Shown here: piece after piece, positions 36,171 to 44,264 of the stretch | Position numbering within the stretch: the stretch's first letter is position 1 | Layout of the letters: each line of letters starts with the position of its first letter | From: Thermotogota bacterium | GTDB taxonomy: Bacteria; Bipolaricaulota; Bipolaricaulia; UBA7950; UBA9294 | NCBI GenBank assembly: GCA_039679545.1 | Contig: JBDKUT010000108.1 | Span: forward strand, 1-44,385 | Length of the DNA: 44,385 bases | Direction of reading: 5' to 3' | The notes under the pieces: generated by a model | Told to the model about the DNA's origin: nothing | Seen by the model: only the letters and a program-made list of their open reading frames with translations | Database searches by the model: none | Program-made: the position numbers and the translations under genes

Positions 36171-37834
36171 GCGAGCGCCTCCACGATCGTCGTCGCGTCG
36201 AGCGGCAGGCCGTCGTACCGACCGATTCGCCCTTCGACTCGAAGACCGCCGTCGCTCCCCAAGAGGCGAGCCAACTGGCCGGTCGCGTTCCCTTCGACCG
36301 TCCAGTAGTCGACGTCGTCGCGCCACGCGATCTCCGGCAGCGGCCACAGCTCCGTGAAGTGGAGCGCTCCAACCCGGCGACCGGTCCCACGCAGGCGGAC
36401 CACCGCCTCGTCGATGGCTCCCTTCGTCGACCCCCAGCCAAGGAGGATCATCTCTGCATCCTCGTCCCGGTTGCGCGAGGGCGGCGCGATCTCGCCTCGA
36501 AGCCTGCGCCCTTTCTCGAGCCGCTTCTCGACCATCGACGGGCGCACGACCCGGACATCTTCGGTGATGTGTCCCTCCTCGGTGTGCTCGTCGCTGTCGA
36601 GGTACACGAGGTCCTCCGCCTGACCCAGATAGAGGCGCGGCGAGACGCCGTCCTCGGTCAGCGCGTACCGCCGGTATTTGCCGTCGATCGTGTCTGGGTC
36701 GGCGAGGTGCGCATCGGGAATCTCGCTCGGGAGCGACATCGCCGGAAGCGAGAAACGCGAGTCGGCGAGGAACTGGTCCGAGAGCACGATCGCGGGGATC
36801 TGGTATCGGTCGGCGAGATCGAACGCGCGAACCGTCTTCTCGATCGCGTCCTGGGGATCTGCGGGAGCGAAGACGAGGCGCGGCGTCTCTCCGTGTCCGG
36901 CGTGGATCGCAAACAGGAGATCCTCCTGCGCAGTCCTCGTCGGGAGACCGGTCGCGGGACCCGGGCGCTGGCCGAGCACGACGACGATCGGCGTCTCGAT
37001 CATCCCGGCAAGGCTGACCGATTCGACCATCAGCGCGAACCCTCCCCCCGAGGTCGCTGTCATCGCACGGGCGCCGGCGGCGCTTGCTCCGAGGGCCATC
37101 TCGATCGCTGCGATCTCGTCCTCGGCCTGCTCGACGAACACACCGAGCTTCGGGTCGTGCGCAAACGCGGTGATGATTCCTGTCGACGGCGACATCGGGT
37201 ACGCGGACATGAACCGGCATCCGGCCGCCGCGGCGGCGAGCGGAATCACGTCGTGGGCGGAGACGAACGCGTAGGTGGCCTCTCGCCGGGGCAAGGACTT
37301 TGGAGCTCGCCTGCCCAGCGCGACGCGAGTGGTCTCGAACCCCGCCTCGGCCGCGGAGACGTTCCCCGCGACCACCGCGTCTCCATGACGGGTGACCGCG
37401 GCGGTGAGTGCTTGCACGACGATCTCGATGGGAAGACCGAGGACCGCGGCCAGCGCCCCCGCAGCGACGGCGTTCGCGTAGAGATCCGACCCGCCATGCT
37501 TGACCGCAAGATCGTGGAACGGCACGACGATCGTCTCCTCGTCGGCGGCTTCCGGGGCGAGCAGTGTTCCTCCGGCCCGCAGATCCGGAACGTAATGGTC
37601 GCGGGCCTTGGGGTTCAGTGCCAGGAGAACGTCGGCGTCGCGCCGCGGAGCGTTGGCCGGCTCGGACGCGATCCGCAGGCGATGGCTCGAGTTGCCCCCG
37701 CGGATCCGCGACTCGTACTCCTGCACGGCGAAAACGGGATACCCATAGGCAAGGAACGCGCGCGCGACCACGTCACCGATGGTCTGAATCCCTTCTCCGG
37801 CCGCTCCTGCGATGAAGACGCTTTGTTCGTCCAT
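36167..37834 (-). CDS. 2-oxoacid:ferredoxin oxidoreductase alpha (gamma-alpha fusion) subunit
   Basis: GAAGEGIQT, YESRIRGG, YPMSPST, QAEDEIAA, QRPGPATGLPT. Confidence 0.93.
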   Translation of the reverse strand: MDEQSVFIAGAAGEGIQTIGDVVARAFLAYGYPVFAVQEYESRIRGGNSSHRLRIASEPANAPRRDADVLLALNPKARDHYVPDLRAGGTLLAPEAADEETIVVPFHDLAVKHGGSDLYANAVAAGALAAVLGLPIEIVVQALTAAVTRHGDAVVAGNVSAAEAGFETTRVALGRRAPKSLPRREATYAFVSAHDVIPLAAAAAGCRFMSAYPMSPSTGIITAFAHDPKLGVFVEQAEDEIAAIEMALGASAAGARAMTATSGGGFALMVESVSLAGMIETPIVVVLGQRPGPATGLPTRTAQEDLLFAIHAGHGETPRLVFAPADPQDAIEKTVRAFDLADRYQIPAIVLSDQFLADSRFSLPAMSLPSEIPDAHLADPDTIDGKYRRYALTEDGVSPRLYLGQAEDLVYLDSDEHTEEGHITEDVRVVRPSMVEKRLEKGRRLRGEIAPPSRNRDEDAEMILLGWGSTKGAIDEAVVRLRGTGRRVGALHFTELWPLPEIAWRDDVDYWTVEGNATGQLARLLGSDGGLRVEGRIGRYDGLPLDATTIVEALA

Positions 37835-37842
37835 CGATTCTC

Positions 37843-39015
37843 CTACGACAACTCCTTGTGTCGTCTCGCGATCTCGTCGGCAAGCGTGTCGAGAGACTTG
37901 TACGTCTCCGCGTTCGGCGCGCCTCGCGCGAACACCGAGTCAAGCCACTCGACCTGAAGGCTCGAGCACAGCGAACGAACTGTTTCCGGTGCCTTGCCCG
38001 CCCAGCCGAACGACCCGATCGTGGCGGCGTAGCGGAGCTTCGGACGCAGAGCCGCAGTCAGGTACGCGGCAAAGACGACGCTCGGATGGGGTCCCACGAG
38101 GACCGTAGGCGTCGCAAAGACCACCGTGGCGGCGTCGACGAGCCGCGCGGCGTACTGCCCCACGTCGGTGACTGTCATGTTGAAGGGCTGAACCGCGACG
38201 TGCCTCTCACCGAGCGCAGTGACAAGGTGATCGACGATCTTCGCCGTGCTGGCGTGCATCGAGGCGTACGGGATGAGGACGAGGTTGGACGGAGGGTCGT
38301 TCACCCAGTGGCGGTACGCGGCGACGATGAATGATGGATCCTTGTAGGCGGGGCCGTGGCTCGGCGCGATGACACCGATGTCGATGTCGCTCAGCTTTTC
38401 GAGATGCTTTTGGATGAGCCCGGCGAACGGCATCATGATCTCGGCGTAGTAGCGCTTTGCTGCCTCGTAGACGCGCGCACGATCTGTGGCGTAGAGGTCC
38501 GAGGTCGCAAGGTGCGAGCCGAAGAAATCGCACGTGAACAAAATGCGCTCCTCGCGCAGGTACGTGAGCATCGTCTCCGGCCAGTGGACCCACGGAGCGT
38601 GGATGAACTCGAGCGTTCGATCGCCGAGCGACACGGTCTCTCGATCCTCGACGGTCGTGATGCGCTCGGCGGGGATTCCTAGGTGGTCGACAATCATCGG
38701 TTTCGCCTTCGGGCTCGCGAGAACACGCACGTCTGGATAGCGCTCTACGACCGCGGGCGCCGTCCCCGAGTGATCCTGCTCGACGTGCTGGATCACGAGG
38801 TCGTCGATCCGAGCAACGGAGTCGAGCGCGGACAAGAGGACGTCGGCCTTTGTCGGATCCGCTGTGTCGATAAGAGCCGTTCTCTTGCTTCCTCGGACAA
38901 GGTACGCGTTGTAGCTCGTTCCGTCCGGGAGTGGGATGAGTTCGTCGAACAGCCGTCGATCCCAGTCCTCGGCCGCGAGCCGGTCGACACCCGGGCAGAT
39001 CGTTCTGACACTCAT
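37843..39015 (-). CDS. fprA: Flavodiiron protein (FprA-type O2/NO reductase)
   Basis: GTSYNAYL, HVEQDHSG, HWPETM, CDFFG, PSHG, flavodoxin domain. Confidence 0.93.
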   Translation of the reverse strand: MSVRTICPGVDRLAAEDWDRRLFDELIPLPDGTSYNAYLVRGSKRTALIDTADPTKADVLLSALDSVARIDDLVIQHVEQDHSGTAPAVVERYPDVRVLASPKAKPMIVDHLGIPAERITTVEDRETVSLGDRTLEFIHAPWVHWPETMLTYLREERILFTCDFFGSHLATSDLYATDRARVYEAAKRYYAEIMMPFAGLIQKHLEKLSDIDIGVIAPSHGPAYKDPSFIVAAYRHWVNDPPSNLVLIPYASMHASTAKIVDHLVTALGERHVAVQPFNMTVTDVGQYAARLVDAATVVFATPTVLVGPHPSVVFAAYLTAALRPKLRYAATIGSFGWAGKAPETVRSLCSSLQVEWLDSVFARGAPNAETYKSLDTLADEIARRHKELS

Positions 39016-39208
39016 AGGAGCCTTCCTCTCTTTGTCTCGTAGAAACGTGAACCGCGACTTGCTAGGGTGAACAACATGCTCTGATCGCAGAATGTGCCGC
39101 GCACCGAGCCCGCCGAACTCCGTCCCGTAGTCCCCTTCCCTGGTGTCGAGCTCGGGCGCGGCACTCTATATACCCCTATCTCTCTCGTTGGGTTCATCCC
39201 ATCTGGTT

Positions 39209-39244
39209 GACTCTGCCGTCCGCGACGGGCGAACGGGCAGAGTC
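39209..39244 (-). terminator. Hairpin just after rubredoxin
   Basis: GACTCTGCC...GGCAGAGTC 9-bp inverted repeat; no U-tract on the minus strand. Confidence 0.35.
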
Positions 39245-39254
39245 GTTATCCTGT

Positions 39255-39416
39255 CTACGGAACCTGTTCGAACAGCTCCTTTCCCACCCCGCAGTCTGGG
39301 CAGACCCAGTCCTCCGGCAAGTCGGCGAACGAGGTGCCGACGGGAATCCCGCTCGTCGGGTCTCCGATGCTGGGGTCGTACACGTACCCGCACACCGTGC
39401 AGATCCACTTGTCCAT
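39255..39416 (-). CDS. Rubredoxin
   Basis: [39 protein letters not shown]. Confidence 0.95.
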   Translation of the reverse strand: MDKWICTVCGYVYDPSIGDPTSGIPVGTSFADLPEDWVCPDCGVGKELFEQVP

Positions 39417-39421
39417 CGCGA

Positions 39422-39934
39422 TCACTTCCTTCGCATCGACTTTCGGTACTCGTTGTACGTCAGAGGCTCCCCGCCCTCGCGGCTCGCGGCCCGGTCGACC
39501 AAGGCGACGAAGAGCGTGTGCGTCCCGAGATCCTGTGTAAACTCCGGCAGCACGGAGAGCTCGAAGACGGCCACCGCATTCGGGAGGTAGGGAATCCCGC
39601 GCTCCGTCGTCTCGTGGGGGAAGTCGGCAAACTTGTCGACATCGCGCCCCGATTGAAACCCAAATCGTCGGATCGTGTCCGAACAGGCGGGGTCGGCGCG
39701 GTCGAGGACGCTGACGACGAGGTGCCCCGTCGCGGCGATCATCTCGTGCGTCAGCGTTCGCTTCCCAATTCCGAGGGCGACGCGCTGCGGCGCGCTCGTG
39801 ATCTGCATCAGCGCGTCGAGGCACTGGCCGTTCGCCCGGCCGCTCGCCCTAGCCGTGACGATGTATAGACCGTGCGTGATCTGGAACAGCGCCGGGCTGA
39901 TCACCGCCGGGTCGCTCGAGAACGTGAACGTCAT
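39422..39934 (-). CDS. Flavin reductase-like protein (resembles the flavin domain of high-molecular-weight rubredoxin)
   Basis: [38 protein letters not shown]. Confidence 0.85.
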   Translation of the reverse strand: MTFTFSSDPAVISPALFQITHGLYIVTARASGRANGQCLDALMQITSAPQRVALGIGKRTLTHEMIAATGHLVVSVLDRADPACSDTIRRFGFQSGRDVDKFADFPHETTERGIPYLPNAVAVFELSVLPEFTQDLGTHTLFVALVDRAASREGGEPLTYNEYRKSMRRK

Positions 39935-39982
39935 CTCTCGCCTTCTCTTCCGATTATCTCTTGTCTCCCCTCTTCATCCTTT

Positions 39983-40555
39983 CTACCAATTCTCGGCGAG
40001 AAGCTCAAAATACGCCTGCGGATGGGCGCACGCCGGGCACTGAACGGGGGCCTCGGTTCCCGTATGGAGGTAGCCGCAGTTGCGGCAGCGCCAGACGACC
40101 GACGTCGGTTTCTTGAAGACGGTGCCCGATTCGATGTTCTTCGCGAGCGCGAGGTAGCGGCGTTCGTGCTGCTTCTCCGCAATGGCAATGGCCTCGAAGA
40201 CGGCGGCGATCTCCTTGAACCCCTCCTGCCGCGCCACCACAGCGAACTCCGGGTACATCGCCGACCACTCGTGGTGCTCGCCGCCCGCCGCCGCGCGCAG
40301 ATTGTCGGCCGTCGTCCCGATCACGCCGGCGGGGAACGCGGCCGCGATCTCGACGTCGCCGCCCTCGAGGAACTTGAACAGCTGCTTCGCGTGCTCCTTC
40401 TCCTGGTCTGCCGTTTCCGTGAAGACGGCCTCGATCTGGATCAGCTCGTCCTTCTTTGCTTGCGACGCGTAGTACGTGTAGCGGTTGCGCGCCTGCGACT
40501 CGCCGGCGAACGCGGTGAGCAGGTTCTTCTCGGTCTTCGATCCCTTGAGCTTCAT
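39983..40555 (-). CDS. rbr: Rubrerythrin (classical)
   Basis: KGSKTEKNLLTAFAGESQARNRY, EKEHA, EKQH, WRCRNCG...CPACAHP. Confidence 0.95.
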   Translation of the reverse strand: MKLKGSKTEKNLLTAFAGESQARNRYTYYASQAKKDELIQIEAVFTETADQEKEHAKQLFKFLEGGDVEIAAAFPAGVIGTTADNLRAAAGGEHHEWSAMYPEFAVVARQEGFKEIAAVFEAIAIAEKQHERRYLALAKNIESGTVFKKPTSVVWRCRNCGYLHTGTEAPVQCPACAHPQAYFELLAENW

Positions 40556-40571
40556 GCGTCGTCCTTTCTCT

Positions 40572-41369
40572 CTATCGTTGGCACTTCGGGCAGAAACACG
40601 TCGACCGCCCGGCCTGGATGACCCGCTCGATCGTCTCTCTGCAACGCTCGCACGGTTCTCCCTCGCGTCCGTAGACGGCAAGGTGGTTCTGATATGACCC
40701 TCCCTCGGCCGCTGTCGGGCGGTAGTCGGACACGCTCGACCCGAGCGTCGTTCCGAGCTGTGCGACCGCCTCGCCGAGCACGCCGACGATTGCCTTGTGC
40801 AACCGGCCGATCTCCACTCCCGTGAGCTCGTTCGCCCGACGGCGCGGGTCGATGCGCGCCTGCCACAAGGCCTCTGCGGCGTAGATGTTTCCGATCCCCG
40901 CGACCTTCCGCTGATCGAGGAGGAAGGATTTGATCGGCGCCCGCGACTCACTCGTGAGCTTGCTGAGAACCGCTCGTGTGAACAGCGGATCTAGCGGCTC
41001 GACGCCGAGCGGCGCATCGTCCCCGTCTTCGCAAACATCAGCGGTTCCCAGCCGTCGTGGGTCGACGAAGTAAACGGCCGTCCCATCGTCAAGGTGAAGG
41101 ATCATGCGCACGTAGTCCCGTTCGCATTCGTCGCAGTCAAGCCGCAACCGTCCCGACATCCGCAGGTGCACGACCAGCCTTCGTCCGTCCTCGAACTCGA
41201 TCCGGATGTACTTTCCCCGCCGCACGATCGCGGCGATCCGCGCGCCGGCGATGTCCTCTGCAGTCACCGCAAGGCGCGTGTCGAGCACATCGGCCGACGC
41301 GATCGTCCGACCGACCGCCGGAGCCAACCCACGCACGAAGGTCTCGACCTCAGGAAGTTCAGGAGGCAT
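40572..41369 (-). CDS. mutM: Formamidopyrimidine-DNA glycosylase
   Basis: PELPEVE, RRGKY, HLRMSG, DPRRLG, GIGNIYA.E, zinc finger CERC...CPKCQ. Confidence 0.94.
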   Translation of the reverse strand: MPPELPEVETFVRGLAPAVGRTIASADVLDTRLAVTAEDIAGARIAAIVRRGKYIRIEFEDGRRLVVHLRMSGRLRLDCDECERDYVRMILHLDDGTAVYFVDPRRLGTADVCEDGDDAPLGVEPLDPLFTRAVLSKLTSESRAPIKSFLLDQRKVAGIGNIYAAEALWQARIDPRRRANELTGVEIGRLHKAIVGVLGEAVAQLGTTLGSSVSDYRPTAAEGGSYQNHLAVYGREGEPCERCRETIERVIQAGRSTCFCPKCQR

Positions 41370-41940
41370 TGCGCGTCCTCCTTGCGCGGGAGCCGTCGGA
41401 CGCGTCAGGAGAACGTCTTCTCGAGCCGTTCTCCGGCGCGGTTCCCGCGGTCGGTGTGCTCACAGAAGGTGCCTGCGGCTTCTTTCCACGTTTGCCATCT
41501 CCAGTCGCGGCACCCTCAGGCCCGGGCTTCCCCTCTTCGCGGCACGACGCGCAGACCCCGAACGCATACGTTCGGATCGCCTCAACTTGGTGGCCGTCCA
41601 CTTCCTTACCCAGGCATCGCTGTTGTCGCGCGTCGATGTCGTAGACCTTCTCGCACACCCGGCAGCGGAAGTGCACGTGCGGTCCCGTATCTGCGTCGTA
41701 CCGCGCCGCGCCCTGGTCCATCGTCAACTGCAGGATCGCGCCCGCTTTTGTGAGCGCCTCGAGCGTGTTGTAGACCGTCGCCCGCGCGATTGTCGGGTAC
41801 GTCTTGTGCACTGCCGTATACACCTCGTCGGCCGTCGGATGCGCCTTCGTCCCCTCCAAGAACTCGAGGATCGCCAGACGCTGCATCGTCGGCGTTACTC
41901 CTGCATCGCGCATTCTCGCCATCCGCTTCTGGGGGGGCAT
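41359..41940 (-). CDS. perR: Fur-family regulator, PerR-like
   Basis: TMQRLAIL, HPTADEVY, ATVYNTL, RYD...HVHFRCRVC...D, CASC; start ATG 41940 inferred from the promoter. Confidence 0.8.
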   Translation of the reverse strand: MPPQKRMARMRDAGVTPTMQRLAILEFLEGTKAHPTADEVYTAVHKTYPTIARATVYNTLEALTKAGAILQLTMDQGAARYDADTGPHVHFRCRVCEKVYDIDARQQRCLGKEVDGHQVEAIRTYAFGVCASCREEGKPGPEGAATGDGKRGKKPQAPSVSTPTAGTAPENGSRRRSPDASDGSRARRTRNAS

Positions 41941-41949
41941 AGTAGAGGC

Positions 41950-41978
41950 AATATAACTTTGGACCAAGTCTAAATCAA
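41950..41978 (-). promoter_or_regulatory. perR promoter with overlapping inverted-repeat operator
   Basis: TTGATT-N17-TATATT; TTTAGAC-ttg-GTCCAAA (41974-41958) spans the spacer. Confidence 0.6.
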
Positions 41979-42128
41979 GAGCCGTTTCGGCGCGGGTCAT
42001 CACTCGGTGAACCAGAACTCGGGGGCGAGCTACTCATTTTCGTTTGCGAGGAGTGAGTGCGAGTACAGAGCGCCGCCGGGCCGGATGCACAGGGTGTTCG
42101 AGAGAGTAGAGACAGAAAGGATTTCGCT

Positions 42129-44063
42129 ATGACGATCGCAGTGCAATCCGCGTCGGTTCACGATGCTGCTGTTTTCGACGAGCTTCGCGTGCACATCGAA
42201 CGCGAGATGACGTCGCGGGGTGTCCCGGGGCTCGCCGTCACCTTTGTCGAGGGGGATCGAGTTCTGTGGAGCGAGGGCTTCGGCGTCACCGACCGACGCA
42301 CGCAACGACCAATCACGTCGGAAACGCCGTTCAGCGTGCAATCCATTGGCAAGACGTATACCGCCACCGCGTTCTTGGTTGTCGCCACGCGCGGCCTTAT
42401 CAGCCTGGATGATCGGCTTCGGGAGGTGGTCCCCGAGTTCCGTGTCCGCAGCCGCTGGGGGGACAAGGAGTGTGACAAGATCACGTTCCGCCATTTGCTC
42501 ACTCATCGCTCCGGCTTGGGTCACGAGGCGCCGGTGGGGAACAACGACGACCTGCGTCCGTGTACGTTCGAGGAGCACATCCGCAGTATGGGCAAGACGT
42601 GGCTGCGGTTCCCGGTCGGCGAACGCTTTGGCTACTCGAACCTCGGAATGGATCTCATTGCGTACTCGATCGAACGGCTCACCGGAAAGGCATTCCCTGA
42701 CTTCGTGCGAGAGGACCTCCTCGTTCCACTCGGCATCACGACCGCGACGTACGATCCTACGGAGTTCTGTGCTCCCGGCCACAGCGGGGCACATGAGAGG
42801 CGGCGCGTCCCTGTGCCCATGCTCGGAGCCGGCGGCCTCTATATCTCAGCCAGCGATGCTGCGCGCTTCATCTCATTCCATCTGCGGGGGTGCACCGTGG
42901 ATGGGGTGCCCGTGGTTCGCCCGGACCTCCTGCGGGAGATGACGAGCGTTCAGTACGCCGCGGAGGGACAGAGGGGCGGATACGGACTCGGCATCGCTAT
43001 CGATTCTTCACGGGCTCTCGACGTGCTCCAGCATGGTGGTGGTGGCTATGGTTATGCGGCCGTGCAAGCATGGATGCCCGAAGCGAACCTCGGCGTCGCT
43101 CTCGCGATCAACCAGGAGGAGGCCTATGATCTTGGAGAGAGCGCGAGCCTGCCTGTCCTGGAGAGGCTTGCTGCGCTGCGAGGCTACGTCCGTCCTGGGG
43201 CGGCGCGCCCGCCGTTCGGCGGCGAGGTGGCCGTCGAAGTCGACTCGAATGAGCTACGCCGTCTGCAAGGAACCTTCCTCGATCGCGGACTTGCGTACGA
43301 AGTCCGGGAGGAAGCGGGGACGCTCCTACTGAATGGCCGGCCGCTGCGGCCCTGTGCGCCGAGAACATTCGCAACGCAAAGGGGAAACCGAATCACATTC
43401 AGGGTTGGAAGCGACGGCCAGCCACTCGAAATACAGGCTCTCGGTCCGTTCGTCTCTGGCGAGTTTGCGGTCGACCACACCCCGTTCGATTCCCCCGGTC
43501 CGAACAAGCCGGAGTGGCAAGAGCTCGTAGGCATCTATCGACTCGCGATCGAGGACGGCGATCTTGGACCGCAATGGATGCCGGTCGTTCTCAGGGACGG
43601 ATACCTTTGCGCTGAGCGTGGGGAGTGCAGGATGCGGCTTCACGAGCATGCGCCGGGTCTCTTCTTCACCGCCGAAGGCGACAGCGCCGAATTCGAGAAT
43701 GGGGAACTCCTTTGGGCCGGCGGAGCGCGCCTGCGCCGCGAATCGACTCCCCCATACAATCGCGTTCTGGCCCTCGTGACGGCTGACCCCAGCCACGAAC
43801 TCGCGAGTTGGGAGTCGCTCACGGGTCTGGCCAGCGCCTACCGAGCGCTTGGGGAGCACGAGATGGCTCGGCGTCTCCTGCGGGCCTGCGTCAAGATCCA
43901 TAAACCCTTGCCAGGTGCCCTCTACGGGCTCGCGCAAGCGAGCCACAGCGCGGGGGACGAGGAATACGCAAGCGAGCTCTGCCGCCTCGTCCTTGCAGCG
44001 GAGCCCGAGCACGAGGCCGCGCTGGAACTGCTGCGCATTCTGAGCGCCCCGAACGTCTCGTAG
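42129..44063 (+). CDS. Serine hydrolase (beta-lactamase/AmpC-like family) with extra C-terminal domains
   Basis: SIGK (SxxK), LLTHRSG, YSN, HGG; C-terminal TPR-like helices. Confidence 0.85.
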   Translation: MTIAVQSASVHDAAVFDELRVHIEREMTSRGVPGLAVTFVEGDRVLWSEGFGVTDRRTQRPITSETPFSVQSIGKTYTATAFLVVATRGLISLDDRLREVVPEFRVRSRWGDKECDKITFRHLLTHRSGLGHEAPVGNNDDLRPCTFEEHIRSMGKTWLRFPVGERFGYSNLGMDLIAYSIERLTGKAFPDFVREDLLVPLGITTATYDPTEFCAPGHSGAHERRRVPVPMLGAGGLYISASDAARFISFHLRGCTVDGVPVVRPDLLREMTSVQYAAEGQRGGYGLGIAIDSSRALDVLQHGGGGYGYAAVQAWMPEANLGVALAINQEEAYDLGESASLPVLERLAALRGYVRPGAARPPFGGEVAVEVDSNELRRLQGTFLDRGLAYEVREEAGTLLLNGRPLRPCAPRTFATQRGNRITFRVGSDGQPLEIQALGPFVSGEFAVDHTPFDSPGPNKPEWQELVGIYRLAIEDGDLGPQWMPVVLRDGYLCAERGECRMRLHEHAPGLFFTAEGDSAEFENGELLWAGGARLRRESTPPYNRVLALVTADPSHELASWESLTGLASAYRALGEHEMARRLLRACVKIHKPLPGALYGLAQASHSAGDEEYASELCRLVLAAEPEHEAALELLRILSAPNVS

Positions 44064-44227
44064 ACCGTTGCCCGCGTAGTCGTCGGACGCATCATGGAAC
44101 GGCTGCGTGCACGTCGCCCGCCGGGACGCGCGCTTTCGCCCCGTCGGAATCCTCCAGAATTGCGAAGCTGCATCGTTGGCGTTACGCCCGTATCTTGTAT
44201 CCTTGCCATCCTCTTCTCGGGCGCCAT
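44041..44227 (-). pseudogene. Degenerate 5' fragment of a second perR/fur gene
   Basis: MAPEKRMARIQDTGVTPTMQ vs perR MPPQKRMARMRDAGVTPTMQ; two internal frameshifts; RATVYETFGAL vs RATVYNTLEAL. Confidence 0.85.
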
Positions 44228-44264
44228 AGCGGACGCCAGCTAGCTCTAGCCAGGCGCCGGGGTC

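Noticed and set aside
41941..42003. Longer perR start at 42003
   Set aside because: The extension covers the promoter and operator, and the remnant copy aligns from ATG 41940
43922..44227. 101-aa ORF as a functional protein
   Set aside because: The frame stays open only through compensating frameshifts; it lacks the Fur metal-binding domain and overlaps the hydrolase antisense
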